A DNA stretch of 64,000 nucleotides, taken from NCBI GenBank assembly GCA_951406725.2, contig OX597819.1, forward strand, positions 67,456,001-67,520,000, given 5' to 3'. Origin of the DNA: Octopus vulgaris. Its lineage: Eukaryota. The notes under the pieces were generated by a model. That model had not been told where the DNA came from. It was given only the letters and a program-made list of their open reading frames with translations, and did no database searches. Positions 31,261-45,431 of the stretch are shown piece after piece. How positions within the stretch are numbered: the stretch's first letter is position 1; every line of letters starts with the position of its first letter. The position numbers were made by a program, and so were the translations under genes.

Positions 31261-34200
31261 GAGGATCAATGCAAGCGATTAATTCGCTCTCATTGTACAA
31301 CAATTTGAAACCGATATTTACTACTCTATTTGAAACCGATTAAGCTCTAATTGAAACCGGTTTTAACGGAATCCAAACTAGTGGCACAATCTGAAAGCTA
31401 TTATAAAAATAAGAGCGTTTAATTCATTTCTGATAATAAATATATTTTAATTAATATTTTAATTATGTTTTTGATAATCCTCGTCACTGTCTTTATAATT
31501 ACGACAAGTGGTTTTCTGATTCTCATTAAAATTATTATACATCAGTAAGTTTGAAGGCGGCCAAATGGCAACAGACTTTAGCATGTGGGACAAATATTTT
31601 TTCCGATCCCACCAAAATTCATTTTTGTGTTTCGTCCCTTCGTGGGTCGATTACCTAGCGTATTAATCTAGTAGTGGAGTTGATGTAATCTGTTTGCCGT
31701 ATCCCCTCAGAAATGCTGGTTTTTGAACCCTGAAAAATGCTTGACATCCCATTCTGTGGAAACGATGTATTCTATGCTAGTTTTGTGCCAGGGAAGCTGG
31801 GTAACATTTGTTATGTGTCCTACGACTCGAGTATGGATAATTTTGAAGTCAACTTTGTTATTTCTAAATGCTGCTTGTAGACATGAAGGTTTTGTGACAA
31901 GACAGGGTTTGAAGTGACGAAAATTAACACTAATGAAAGGTAAATATATTCATCATCCATTTGATATCAAGAATGGAAATTTGAAAACAAAATATTATTG
32001 TATTTGTTAGTGCATCTATCATTTGTCATCTCATAAGGTAGTTCCTTCGTTGCATTTTCAGTCGTTTTTTATTCCTATTTCTAGCGACGTTTGTACTATC
32101 CTTTACCTTTGTTTATGGATTTACCTAAACGCCCAATTGGTAACGGGTCACGTGTATCATAAGGTATTTGATACATATTGATACATATTGATACATATTT
32201 TTTGGTATGCTTCCTTTTCTGCAGCTGTCTCTCTTTCATTTGACAGAGATATTCTTTTGGCTGACCTTGACATTGTAGATATCTAGACATGGTTCTATAC
32301 GTATAGAGGAATACGTGGGTGCAGAATACAGTAAATAATGAAAATAACTGGATAACGGAAATTATATTTCTTCATTCGACGGGCAGAAAGTAAATAAGAA
32401 ATTTCAACGGAAAATAAAGAATTGTACGGGTTGAAGTGAAATTCGAAGGAACCAGAAAGAAGCCATTAACAACAGGCAAACACAAAACTGTTGCAAAAGC
32501 AAATGAGAAATGTTTAGTGAAATTAACTAAGCGTACGGATTTAAGTGCAACTTTTTAAGTTACTTCTGTCAGTAAATTATGAATTTATTTCATCAGTAAT
32601 TCTGTCAACACCAAAAAAAAATTTTAAAAAATCACGAAACGGTGCAACAGTAAATAAGAAATTTGTAGGCAAATTTAACGAAGTGAACAGATTGAAGTGG
32701 AATTTATTGACTATACGGAATGAAGTGTACGGATTGCAGGGGTAGTTAATTCTGTCAGTAACTTATTTATGAAATTACTTTCGTCAGTAATTATGAACAT
32801 TTTTCTGTCAGTAATATATCGATGTTTTGTGTAAAAAGCAAGTACAAAATAAAGTGAAGACAATAGCGTCTGAAAAATGAAACTGAAATAATAGAAAGTG
32901 AGTGAGATGTAGAGAAAGGGAGAGACAGATAGCTATCTAGTTTGACAAATATGATAGATATAGATTGGTAAATAAGATAGAGATTTCTACATAAGATATA
33001 GACAAATAGATACAGAGAGATAGATAAATATAGAATAGAGATGAACAGAGAGATATAGATAGAGAGATATAGGGAGAGAGAAATACGCGTGAAAAGTGGA
33101 TAGACACACATCATCTCTATTTTATACATCAGATGAGATTGTGATAAGTCTTTGAACAATGGATGTAAGGGAGACAATGAAATTCTAAAAGTTACTTTGC
33201 AAAGAGTTACCTCCTCTATCTACGTAACCCAAGAACGGGTATTTTCTGTCCCTAGGTGCCCACTACTCATTATGTGGAAACTTGTAAAAGTTTGAAACCA
33301 TCTCTGGAACTTAAGTAATATATGGTCCCAGTTTGGAGAAAATCAGTTGCAAAATGCAGCCGTTATACTCTTTCAAACATAGACACATATACACAGAACG
33401 GGATTTATATTACACACACACACACGCCCCCCCCCATATATATATATGAATTTGGAATCACTCCAGGACGGAAATTATTAGCAATCTGATACAATTCAGG
33501 TCTGGTTAAACACATCGAATGATAGGGAAGGTTCAGAATTCTTAATGATCAGCAATTACACGGTACTTCACTCGTTCGGTTTGGATATCATACACCACAT
33601 AATGAATATAATGAAGACGTCATAAATTATGTTTTTAATAAGTGTCCTAATGTAGCAATTATGCATATGTAGCTTGTTCAGTAGCAGTTTATATTCATCC
33701 AAGGTAGACATTATATGTACATTTATGACACAGCGAAACACACAAACACACACAGGTATACATACAGATAAGAAAGAAAATGTGCAAAATTAACAGTTTG
33801 AAATTGTACATTTGTCATAAATGGTCTTAATTTAATTATAATTAAAATAACATTGATAGCTGTTTCCCTTTGTTATTTTTTAGGTAAATTTTCGTTTATC
33901 TCGTTCCATGTAACAAACATCGTGTGAATAATTTAGAGTTTATCGGAGGAATATTAACAAGAGAAAAAGCGAAAAAAAAAAGAGAATGAAAAACGGATGC
34001 GAATTTCGTTAATAAAGTTTTCCATGGTAAACGGTGTGTGAAGTCAGTTAATTGTGCAAGCATTTCTTTTAGATATAATTCAACCACGGTAGTGGTTAAA
34101 TATATTCTTAAGAACACCATTTCGTCAATCGCAGCAGCTTCCAAGCTTCACTACTATTCAGTTCCCAACTAAATTGCAAACTGTTAACCGTTTTAAAGAG

Positions 34201-34414
34201 GACACATCCCCAGTTACCACTTTGGCACAAATAATTTGAGATTTGGTTCAGTAGAAAAAGAGTTACAGCAAAATATCTGCGACCTGAAGGGGAGCAGTAA
34301 GGCAGGTATTCATCTTCAGTTAACATACCAGTCTCCTCTCTCCACGCCAGCGATGTTATCCAAGGGAACGACAAAGGCCGATTCATCGTGGCACCAGTGA
34401 CGTCGCACCTCATT

Positions 34415-34685
34415 TATTAACGCGCAAGCTGCTGAGCACTCCACAGACACGTGTACCCTTAACGTAGTTCTCGGGGAGATTCAGCGTGACACAGAGTGTG
34501 ACAAGGCTGGCCCTTTGAAAATACAGGTACAACAGAAACAGAAAGAGAGAGAGAGAGAGAGAAAGTTGTGGTAAAAGAGTTCACCACCACACCTGCCGGT
34601 ATTTCAGATGTTTTCGCTCACTCAACACTCACAATGCACGGTCTGGGAATTGAAACCGCGAGTCCGCTGCCCTAACCACTTGGCA
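34415..34685 (-). mobile_element. SINE family C
   Basis: Reverse-complement homology to 27010-27350. Confidence 0.75.
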
Positions 34686-35289
34686 AGTATTAATCATAAG
34701 TATAAGATATACCTATCTCTCTACTAAATGATAAACTTGGTATTTATGGTGTTGATAATAATTTTTTATAAAGCATACTAACTTCATTTGTATCATGTTT
34801 CTATTCTTTATCACTATAATTGCTTTCATTTACTTTGCGTATCAGGACAATTACCCCGCGAGGACAGTTACCACTTCCTCTTAGGACAATTCCCCACGAT
34901 GACAACTACCTCCTAGTAAATTACCCCCACTCTAAAATATTAAGAACTTTTAAATCATCATATGTTTTCTTCAGCGGTAATTGTTTCAGTGGGGTTATTA
35001 CCTATAGGGGGTGAATTTTCTAGACTTGTACATTGAACCAAACTGTTCAGTTCAGTAAGTGCATGTTTTGTATGTATTCATTCTAAACAATATCAATTGC
35101 GCTTATAGTTATTTTAAAAACATATCTGCATCCAAGAATTTAAATTGCATTCGCTGCATTGTTTTGTATCTAAGTATAATTTTCTCTTATTTCTTTTGTT
35201 TGTAAAATGCACACCAATCGCAATGTCACGACAGTTGGCTACTCAACAGACACAAGGTTTCGGTGGTGTAACTTCCTTGGCATTAAACA

Positions 35290-35830
35290 GAGCATCGAGC
35301 ATTTAGACCTATGCAGAAACCTTTGTTCCTATAGAGATAAGTCTTTTGCATGTGTGTGCAGTGACAAGACACCATCTTGACGGATGACGACACCGAAGAC
35401 AAAGACTTTTGTTGGAAATTTCATCTGCATGTCTCTGGGTACGTCCTTGAAAGAGACAGCAAGCCACAGCATGTTCGGTTCCTGCGGGTGTTTCAAATTG
35501 ATGATCATCTTCTTTGTGTGCATGAATCGATTTTCCTGTAACGCCTTACACAGAAATCTTTTCCCTATCGTGCATGAAAAGTAGCGAATGTCCGCATGCA
35601 TCACCAGCCACGTGAGCTTTTCAACCACACTCATCTACTTGCTGGAATTATTGTTTATGATCTCCTGTATTTCAGCGACGATTTCCGGCATCTTGATGGC
35701 ATCAGATTGTCGATCATGAGTTTTCCCCTTCATTGTCGCCTCGTAGTCGAATCCTTAATCTTCCAGCTCCTTTCGGACCTTTTCTACCGTCCTTCTGCTG
35801 AGGTTGTTGAAGTCTGAAATTTCCTTGAAT
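35290..35830 (-). mobile_element. Tc1/mariner (maT/DD37D-like) transposase relic
   Basis: DIRYFS, LKHPQEPNMLW, DVP...KFPTKVFVFGVV; related to 41441-42582. Confidence 0.65.
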
Positions 35831-36359
35831 GTCGTCTCCTCGGGAATCCCCCCAAAATACACCAAAAATGATTTTTGTTTTAAAAAATGTTAAAAACAGA
35901 AAACGAAAGTAAAAAAAAAATATGCATAAAATTAGCAATTGAAAGTTTGGGATAAACATCGTCCGCGCCCTGTATGTATGACACATCGCTATTTTGAGAG
36001 AACATCTTATAAAGAAAGACAAATTTCCTATGTCATCATAATCATATTGAAATCTAAAATAGAGAAGTTAAAGCGATGTATTTACATCAAAGGTCGTACA
36101 CATATACTCTTTCTCCCTCTTTTTCAATGCACAGGCACACACAGACGCACACATACACACACACACACGCACACACACATATACACGCACACACACACAC
36201 AAATTCTCATATACATATAAGGATATTATTAGAAAATTACTATTTTTAAATCTCACAAAGTGAGATTTTCTAATTTATACATCAGTGACTAGATGTCACT
36301 TTGAACACTACATGTTGCGAACGGGAATTTGCCAGCGCCACCTCTAGCCGAACAATTAT

Positions 36360-36404
36360 TCTCTGCTGATGAATAAAAATAACCCAGAAATCGCGATACA
36401 TAGA
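36360..36404 (+). ncRNA. Minimal hammerhead-like motif, stem II decayed
   Basis: UCUCUG-CUGAUGA-14 nt-GAAA-UCGCGA-UA-CAUAGA (stem I 5/6 paired, palindromic stem III). Confidence 0.45.
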
Positions 36405-36636
36405 TATTGTTTTGAGCTGAACGGGGGTGCTACTTTCCCTTGTTCGAAAATATCAGGACACAATCGTGTCGTATAACCAGCCAGATTAGGCCTAAACCAG
36501 GTCTGTCATGTTATGTTGGCAAACAATCTTTACTACAATGATAGTATTGTTTATGATAATATCTAGTCGCATATCGGCAGATAATATAATTAAAGGTGCT
36601 ACAAGTTGCACCAGCATGCTACTAGTAACACCTTTC

Positions 36637-38398
36637 TAATGGACAGCAGAAGCGTCACCTATTCCCTCTCTCCCTAAAGCTACGTATTTCTCACATCTGT
36701 GTAAGTATGTATCTATGTATTTCTCATATCTGTGTATGTATCTATGTATTTACGAAAATATGCATGCAGAATCGAATGTATATCCTTGAATGACAGTTGT
36801 ATTACCTTTAGCAACCATTATCACTCCATATTTGTCTCTTACACAACTCTGTTCTCGCCTTACCTATGCTGTAAGAAAATACAATGCACTATTTTCTCGT
36901 ATTGCTTTGTTCGGTATTTATTCCTCTCATCTTGAAGTGCTCTTACTTCAATAATTCTCACTGTACACTTTCTTATACATGAAACACTGTTCAAAACTTT
37001 GTAGTTCATAACACGATTCCTGCAATTCTTCTTGAAAAAATATGTTTGGAAATCATCTGTAGTAAACGGACTTGAATTTTTCTCCCTTTTATCGCAAATC
37101 TTTGCCTCTTCTTTAAAATGAATACAAACAGGATTAGTAAAAACTTCAATAATTGTAGAACATTTCTGCAAGTAATATATAATCTGTCACGCGATTCGTA
37201 ATATATATTGCAAATAATTTTCAAAAGCTGGTGTTGAGAATTTCATCGTTCGCTTGATTTTTTTTTTCTGTATACTATGGTAGAAACTAGTTGAATATCC
37301 CGTCGTTGCCGGGAACATTTTTACAGAAGAAAGTCTTATATAAATTTTTGTTTATTTCATGCCAGACCATGCCTTCTTCGGCAGATAGAGATCTTATTCA
37401 AGACTGATTAGTGCAATGCTTCGCAAAAAATCTTCGTTGAAGATATTTTTCCCTTTTTAAGTTATTTAAATGTTTTTTTCGATCATGTCACATAACTTTA
37501 TTCATTAAAACTTATTAAATCTTCAGAAGTTCTTATCAATTTGACATCGTAATACTTTGCTTAATAAAAATTCCTCCTCGTATTGATTTTGAACTCATTT
37601 TGTGACAGGCAGCTATCATACAGAAAATACCAGCTTCCAGATCCAGTTGTCTGAATAGGTAAGATTAATTAGAATTTAAACCTCAGTAACATCTTTTTTG
37701 TATTTTTTTCTGGAACAAATATTTAACAAACTCGGATTTAACGTGGAAAATTATTTCAATATACCAAATTTGAAAACTTGACGCAATCTTAAACTTTCAC
37801 AATATGTGCCAGCAACAGGGAAGACCCTACAAAATTAGAAGCACAGACAGATTAAAGATTCTCTCTCTCTCTCTCGCTCGCTCTCTCTCTCTCGCTCGCT
37901 CTCTCTCTCTCTCTCTCGCTCTCTCTCTTTCTCTCTCCCTCTCCCCCTCTCCCCCCTCTCTCTCCCCCTCTCACTCTCTCTCTCTCTCTCAAACACACAC
38001 ACACACACAAACATATGCACACACTACAAAAGTATACGCAGGTAATTATGTGTTTAAAATGGTGTATAGTAGACAAATACATGTATGTGTGTATGTACAT
38101 ACATATATGTACGTGTGTCTGTGTGAGTGTTTCTTTGTAATGGACAGCAGAAACGTCACCTAGTCCATCTTCCTAAAGCTATGCATTTCTTACATCTGCC
38201 TTTAACTCCCATCCTCGGCGTTTCAAAAGTTAGTTAATGTGTATGTGCATGTGAGCATGCAGTGTGTTTGTTTGTATCTATGTATTTACGAAAATATGTA
38301 CGTAGCATCGCTTGTATATCCTTGAATGATAGTTGTATTACCGTTAGCAACCCATTACCACTCCATATTTGTCTCTTACACAACTCTGTTCTCGCCTT
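36637..38398 (+). repeat. Diverged direct repeat pair (about 36637-36860 and 38138-38398)
   Basis: Shared TAATGGACAGCAGAA.CGTCACCTA and CACTCCATATTTGTCTCTTACACAACTCTGTTCTCGCCTT. Confidence 0.8.
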
Positions 38399-38499
38399 CC
38401 CTGGTATCACCCACACTCACTATGCCACCACATTTCCCTCATACTAACCATCTTGCACCCTTTTCATTCTATCAAGTAATAGCACTCTAATCCCAGCAC

Positions 38500-38892
38500 A
38501 CTACTTCAGGGAGTGACGATCCTACCTGACACGTGTTCCGGGTTGAGCTGGCTCCGGCTGACAGTACCCGGTATGGGCCCCTATCCAGGCTTACGGAAAA
38601 GAGACAACCTTCAAATCCGGAGTGGAGAGCCCCGTAGGCTGTTTAGTGTTCGACTCGACACTCTTCCGGCAGCTCCTGCAACCAAGCTGGTGCCAAACGT
38701 AATGCTTTGCACTCCTTTGGACTATGTCAGCAAGGTCGAGAGAGGAATCCTGACGATTGGGCTAGCCAGAATTTTCTTACATCTAGCCCAGGCCTGCCCC
38801 AAACTGGATAGGACATGAAATGTAGAAACCGGACTGGATTAGTTTATGCGCAATTCCATTGTTACCGGAGACAAAAGGATGCCAACAACAAC
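38500..38892 (+). mobile_element. GC-rich non-autonomous retroposon ending in (CAA)n, possibly RTE-derived
   Basis: Sharp GC-rich island ending in GGATGCCAACAACAAC; no recognisable ORF. Confidence 0.4.
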
Positions 38893-39380
38893 TCCCAGAA
38901 GGCCCATTACTGGGGTTTATTGAAATTCATTTAGCCTATAATTGAACTGGACGTTAGTTTAACATATAGGCAAAATTTCGTCACGATTGGTTCACTGGTG
39001 TAGGCAGTGAGATGCTAACAGACAGATCGACAGACAGAAATTGCCATTTATGAATAAGATTATATTGTACATTTAAGGAGTGAAACTGGTGATGGTTTCA
39101 AAATTTGGCACTGGGGCAGCACATTTTGAGGGGCAGGGGAAGTTGATTACACCGATTCCAGTACTTGACTGTTATTTTATCGATCCCGAAAGAATGATGG
39201 CCAAAGTCGACCTATTTGAACTCTTTTCGAAAATACGGAGGAAATGCTTTGCAGCAATTCGTTCGGTTTTCTAATTACTCTGCCTTAGAGTCAAAACTAA
39301 TGACAAGGAATGTGTTTATTAGTATATTTTATTCCGTCAATGAGTATCATATCATAAAATGTAAAATACTATGAACTATA

Positions 39381-39452
39381 GTGGTGCCCCAGCATGGCCG
39401 CGGCCTTCGGGCTAAAACATTTAAAAAGATTTTTAAGGGATTTAAGGATTTA
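39381..39452 (+). mobile_element. Isolated CR1/SINE-type 3' tail
   Basis: GTGGTGCCCCAGCATGGCCG, then hairpin GGCC-TTCG-GGCT, then AAAAC and TTTAAGGA-like repeats. Confidence 0.65.
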
Positions 39453-40306
39453 TATTAATAAAAGATACACTTCCCAAATCTCTGTCTAAAGCTATCAACA
39501 TCTTATTAAGTTTTTTAGAGATTTGCTTCTACATAATAGGATCTACGAGTGTTTGTCGTAAATCACATGATGACTACCACTCACTAATGAAAGTAATTTG
39601 GGATGTATCATTCGTTAGAAATTATATCAAACAGTAGGTGGCGGTGCAGTATTACTATTGTCATTAAATGACGTCCATAAATCAATAAGGAAGTATTTAC
39701 GCAAGTCATACGACCTGGTTTATATTCCAGCTAATATTCACTAAAGCTATTTATTAATGTACGGGTAAAAACGGTAGATACAGTGTTGTATTACGATTAG
39801 TATATATCAGCACGACAATCTCTGTATTTGTGTGTAGAATAATTATAATTGACAAAGACCGACTTGGAGCCTGGTTATAAAAGACAACAATAACAGCTGT
39901 TGCAGCAGCTGTAGTATTTACAAATACGAGAACAGCATCGTCGATAGTAGCAGCAAAATAGGTTTATGAAATATTTCATATACCCAACGTAATGGATTCA
40001 GAAATTTTTGTATATTACCCGTGCAGTCCTTCCATTTATTTTTTCTGTGTAAATCCGTTATTTTACAAGTGCCTAGCCAATGAAAATATCTAACATATAT
40101 TGGAGTAAATGAAATACAAATCAGTATTAATCGATTCATTATTTGTTTTATTGGAAAGTGTCTTATTAGTAACGAGATAATCGCCATCATCGTCATCATC
40201 GCCATCATGCTGGCGAGAAGCAGCAGTCACAGTAGTGAGCAGATTGATAAGGCCAGGCATTGCTGGGTGTTTTCATTAATGTACTTTCGGTGTTACAAGT
40301 TGTCAA

Positions 40307-41368
40307 ATGACTGAAAACTACTGCTCTCATAGAACATTTTCAATGGCAGAAAAGAAATATAATATTTCAGAAACTGTTGATTTTGAAATTAAGGAATGGA
40401 AACTTACAAATTTTACTGATAACGAATTTAGCAACATATACAACACGACAAACTGTAGCTCCTTATTGGATTATGCACCATTTGTTTTAAATAACACTAT
40501 AGGATATGTTTCTTTAATGTTAATGATTTTTGGAACTATCGGGAATATAGCAGTTATTGGATTATTATGCAGGAAAGAAATACCTCGGTCGAATATTACA
40601 CCATACCTCTTTTGCCTGCTTGTTGTAGATTTACTTGCAGTATGGGGAAATTATCCAAGAATTATAATACATTCTATGAAATTTTTTGATCAGATTAAAA
40701 TATTTGTGACCAATATATATTTCACTTACATCGTTTTTATTATAAATATATATTCATCCTGGTTAACAGTCATTATATCAATGGAACGCCTCTTGGCAGT
40801 TTACAGCCCATTTTCTCGCCGTATTTCCCCTAAGCCCCACATTCCGTATATTGTAATGTTGACACTTCTCTGTTGCGATTGCATAATTTATGCAACGATT
40901 ATAGTATTACTAAAAGACAACAAACATATTTTTCTTGTTTCAGTTGCAATCTATTCGTTTATACCAGCAGTTTTTTTAATTATCAGCTCTATCATTATGA
41001 CTTACAAATTACTTAAACGACCAAACCTTGGCCAAAATTTACAGCACAACTCTGCAGCACGGTTGAGGAACAGCATTTATATAGTTTTTACTATAAATAT
41101 TATATTTTTGTTGACGACATACCCTGTGTCAATTTACTACTTCATAATGACACTAAATGGATGCATGGATTCTGTGACTTACTTATCATTGGATACGTTA
41201 GCTTGTGCTAATAACAGTTTGAACTTTATTTTGTATTTCGTTGCCAGTAAAATGTTCCGCGAAAACTTGAAGCAAATATGTTGTAAGAAGACAACTAACA
41301 GAAAAATACTTTACATAAAGGACCGTCAACCTGGTATTGAACTCCCTAATCTAGAAAAACTGAACTAA
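40307..41368 (+). CDS. Intronless class A GPCR (353 aa), paralog of 1864-2757
   Basis: FGTIGN, LLVVD, ERL, SFIPA, TTYP, NFILY, FRENLKQICC; five N-terminal sequons (NIS, NFT, NTT, NCS, NNT). Start codon uncertain. Confidence 0.9.
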   Translation: MTENYCSHRTFSMAEKKYNISETVDFEIKEWKLTNFTDNEFSNIYNTTNCSSLLDYAPFVLNNTIGYVSLMLMIFGTIGNIAVIGLLCRKEIPRSNITPYLFCLLVVDLLAVWGNYPRIIIHSMKFFDQIKIFVTNIYFTYIVFIINIYSSWLTVIISMERLLAVYSPFSRRISPKPHIPYIVMLTLLCCDCIIYATIIVLLKDNKHIFLVSVAIYSFIPAVFLIISSIIMTYKLLKRPNLGQNLQHNSAARLRNSIYIVFTINIIFLLTTYPVSIYYFIMTLNGCMDSVTYLSLDTLACANNSLNFILYFVASKMFRENLKQICCKKTTNRKILYIKDRQPGIELPNLEKLN

Positions 41369-41440
41369 ATTATTTATGTGTGTAACACTTTGGTAACATT
41401 TTAATTTTTATTTGTTCTTCCTTTGATTGTTTGTTTCCTA

Positions 41441-42577
41441 TAAACATGGCGTGCGATATTTAAATTGTCACCATTTTATAGTCTTAATTTCGTGAAAGCC
41501 CATTGTTTTCATTTGATTTTGTTCAGTACACAGTGTGGTAGGGTCAGCTGGGCACCGTTTGTGAGAAAAATAGCACCATGACGCAAATCACTCTGCCAGA
41601 GATTTGGAAACGACATACTTTGCTGCTTAGCATTCACGCGACACTACGAACATTTCAGAGTGCAGAGGATTCAGAAAGAGCTGGGTGAGTCTAATGGTGA
41701 TTACGAAGGTACGGCAGCTCGGAAAACTCACTCTGATCGTTTTGATAAGAAAACAATTCCTGAATATGTTGGTGATATCCAGGCCTTGATTGCCAATGAT
41801 CCCTCCAAATCAATCAGGTCCATAGGTGTGTCTTATCAGGTAGGTAGTGCATGAAGTATTTCTCATACAAGAAGGGAAAGGTCTAATTTACATTCCAAGC
41901 CATCAACAACTAATGTAAAGACCGCGCTACCAAGCGTTTGAAGAAACACAAATATCTCCTCCAACCGAACATGCTTTGTTTTTTCCCAGACAACAGGAAA
42001 TTCCTGTCACGGTCTATATAAATAATGTAAATAATGTACATAATTCCTCATCTCTTAAATATAGAACTGAACCTTTCGCTTGTCGCGTCCCCAAAACATG
42101 TACTGAGAATAATAAAATTGAAAAATTCAATCCACATCATGGTGTTTGAACTGATCACTAGTGATGGCGACATTACACCTCCAATCACCTTCCTACACGG
42201 CCTCAGACTCAACACAGAGAGGACTACATTAAGTGCCTAGAGAAGGTAGGAATGCATTGGGTCAAGAGGATGACAACAGAAAGACGCAGGAATCTGCACC
42301 ACACCACAAAAGCAGGAGAAATCAGTCATTGGCTGTTAGACAATTTCTGCGACCCATCATATCTGACCACCTAACCCCCGAGACTACCACCTCCTTTGTT
42401 ATTGTGCGCGGCGCGACTGTTCAGAAGAGTTGCAGGAGATTCCGAAGTAGTCTGGAGATCGTGGTTGAATGGTGACTTTATTAAATAAATTTAATCTTTA
42501 GTATTTCAAGATACTTTTGAAATGTCAGTGTTATTTTCAGTTTTGCATGATTTCAACGAAATTATATTCACCTCAAC

Positions 42578-42582
<5 letters not shown>
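41441..42582 (+). mobile_element. Tc1/mariner (maT/DD37D-like) degraded element immediately 3' of the GPCR
   Basis: RIQKELGESNGDYEGTAARK, NDPSKSIRSI, HIMVFELITSDGD..PP..F.HGLRLNTE, QESAPHH, CRRFRSSLEIVVE; ends ...CCTG then TA. Left end approximate. Confidence 0.75.
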
Positions 42583-42653
<71 letters not shown>

Positions 42654-42824
42654 GGTGGGGTATATATGTGTACGTATGTATGAAAATATATTCATGCATC
42701 CATTGTTTAAATGTATTAGTTATTAAATCCGCAGAGTAATTTTCGCATGTAACATAAATCTTATATTCACAATGCGATTACCCCGATATGGCCATCTATA
42801 TTACTACTACTGCTCCTGCTGATG

Positions 42825-42872
<48 letters not shown>

Positions 42873-42966
42873 TTACTACTACTACTACTATGGCTACTAT
42901 TAGTACTTCTACTATTCATATAATATTATTATCATCACTGTTAATATTATTGCTATTATTATTATT

Positions 42967-43376
42967 CTCTCTCTTTACTCTTTTTCTTGTTTCAGTCATT
43001 TGACTGCGGCCATGCTGGAGCACCGCCTTTAATCGAGCAACTCGACTCCGGGACTTATTCTTTTGTAAGCCCAGTACTTATTCTATCGGTCTCTTTTGCC
43101 GAACCGCTAAGTAACGGGGACATAAACACACCAGCATCGGTAGTCAAGCAATGCTAGGGGGACAAACACAGACGCACAAACACACACACGCATATATATA
43201 TATATACATATATACGACGACTTCTTTCAGTTTCCGTCTACCAAATCCACTCACAAGGCTTTGTTCGGCCCGAGACTATAGTAGAAGACACTTGCCCAAG
43301 GTGCCACGCAGTGGAACTGAACCCGGAACCATGTGGTTTGTAAGCAAGCTACTTACCACACAGCCACTCCTGCGCC
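42967..43376 (-). mobile_element. SINE family B, full length
   Basis: GGCGCAGGAGTGGCTGTGTGGTAAG...GGTTCAGTTCC...CCTTGGGCAAGT...GGCGGTGCTCCAGCATGGCCGCAGTCAAATGACTGAAACAAG. Confidence 0.85.
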
Positions 43377-43392
43377 TATTATTATTATTATT

Positions 43393-43813
43393 CAGTAGTT
43401 TTATTTTTTTAGAGCGTGCTTTCACTTCACTACCGAGCGCAGCTCTGTGTGCCTTGGGTATGTGCTGTGATTTGTTGTGATGCTCTGATGGTTATTGTAT
43501 GGAAAGTGTTCTGCGTAGGATGTGTGCAGTGCCTAGTAGTGCAATTTTATGTATGTTATATGTGTTTGTAAGTCCTGGTGTTTTTGTTATGTATTTGTCT
43601 GAATATTTTTTTATCATGCCTAATGCACCTACTATGATAGGAATTGTTTCTGTTTTTAGATTCCACATTCTGGTTACCTCCATTTCCAGGTCTTTGTATT
43701 TTGAAAGTTTCTCCATTTCTTTTAGAGACACGTTGTCATCAGCCGGTATTGATACATCAATTAGAAAGCATTCTTTTTCTTCATGATCTCTGACAACTAT
43801 ATCTGGTCTGTTG
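43393..43813 (-). mobile_element. R4/Dong-like non-LTR element, 3' fragment (RLE domain)
   Basis: TDREIKANRPDIVV...LIDVSIP...EKLSKYKDL...IPIIVGALG...ALLGTAHILR; (TAT)n on both sides. Confidence 0.85.
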
Positions 43814-43879
43814 GCCTTAATTTCTCTATCTGTTATTATTATTATTATTATTATTTTTATTTTTATTATTATTATTATT

Positions 43880-44740
43880 ATGTTTGACTTTTTTGTTTTG
43901 TATTTGTACAAGTTGACTCCCAGTCCCACCCAGAGACCTCAAGAAACAACACGTTAGAATTTCAAGTTGGTGTTATGCCTAGGGTGTCATATATTTGGTC
44001 TTGCACATAGTATTCTTCTAGAGGATGTTTCAGAAAACAAGAAATTTATAACTTTGTTTTAAAATTTTAGATTACATAGATAGTATTTTACGTAGGATAT
44101 GGGCAGTTCTGTCAATTTGAAGTTTCCTGGTATCTGAGCTAGTTAGAAATCAGCCCCTTTTGCTATCATTCCTAGGGCACCTATGACGACAGGTATTGTG
44201 TTAGCTTTCAGGTTCCACATTTTGCCAATTTCTGTTTTAAGAAAGTGTTTGGTAGGTCTTGACAGCTACATATATTTCAATTGGGACACTCATATCAATG
44301 GGAAGGCATGGTTTTTATCTGAAGTTTTACAATATAATGATTAACCTATTCGCATCTATCTTTCCGTCAGTTTCAACGGCGAAGTACCAGAAAAATCAGA
44401 GGTGATCCTTTTCAAGCACTGGAGGTAATTTTCGTTCTCAATAGCTTTTATCATGGGGCAGCTCCAGGTTTTTCGTAAGTACCCAATGAATATACGTTGC
44501 TGCTGTATCATGCTTTTTGAGATACTCTGTAGATGCAAGAAGACTGCATATGGAGACATGATCAATGGTAACATTTTGTTTACATACACGACAAGTTGGG
44601 CCACGCCATTTTTTAACATGTTGGCCTGGTAGCTCCTTGTAGTTAGTCATTGATGTTTGGCTGCTGTGACAAAACATTCTATTTCTGATTTTCGGCCAGA
44701 AGACACTAACCATTGATTAGTAAGGGCTCTGTCATCATCG
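43880..44740 (-). mobile_element. Second, more degraded R4/Dong-like family (CCHC finger plus RLE)
   Basis: CRVCKQNVTIDHVSICSLLASTEYLKKHD; MWNLKANTIPVVIGALG; bounded by (TAT)n/(TCT)n. Confidence 0.7.
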
Positions 44741-44764
44741 GTATTATTAGCTCGCTTTATGACT

Positions 44765-44780
44765 ATTACTCTTCTTCTTC

Positions 44781-44877
<97 letters not shown>

Positions 44878-44924
44878 CATCATTATTATTATTGTTGTTA
44901 TAATCATTATTATTATTATTATTA

Positions 44925-44979
<55 letters not shown>

Positions 44980-45008
44980 CATAATCATCATCATTATTAT
45001 TATTATTG
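44765..45008. repeat. Compound (TCT)n(TAT)n microsatellite
   Basis: Direct reading. Confidence 0.95.
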
Positions 45009-45340
45009 AGAGAGCAGCGCATGCGATCAAAGTCACACTGAGTTAAAATATACGAAGCCCAGAATATCCATCATGACTACACGTTTGGTAACTGTACATC
45101 AGACACGTGCTCGACACGGTGATTTCATATCGAGATTAACAACTCATGACATTGCAGGTGAGGCCAAGCTAGAATTTTCTTCTGGTCGAGTAGCCCATCC
45201 CGCTCAAGAGGTTTCTGAATACGGAATGATTAAGGATGCTGAACGAAACAAATATGTTTCCTAAGGTGAATTATCCAAACCCCAAAGAATTCCTCACAAT
45301 ACATAGCTGTGACTCTCCCCCCATTACGTCATCAGAGATG

Positions 45341-45409
<69 letters not shown>

Positions 45410-45431
45410 GAATAGTAGTAGTAATAGTAAA

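Noticed and set aside
32380-32860. Dispersed TTCTGTCAGTAA-like motifs, superficially array-like
   Set aside because: Irregular spacing and degenerate units; eukaryotic DNA with no cas genes. Most likely subterminal repeats of an old DNA transposon.
37285-39060. Helitron/HINE-like end motifs (ACTAGTTGAATATCCCGTCGTTGCCGGG; ACAGACAGA...AATAAGAT)
   Set aside because: Suggestive only; boundaries and pairing of ends cannot be supported by eye.
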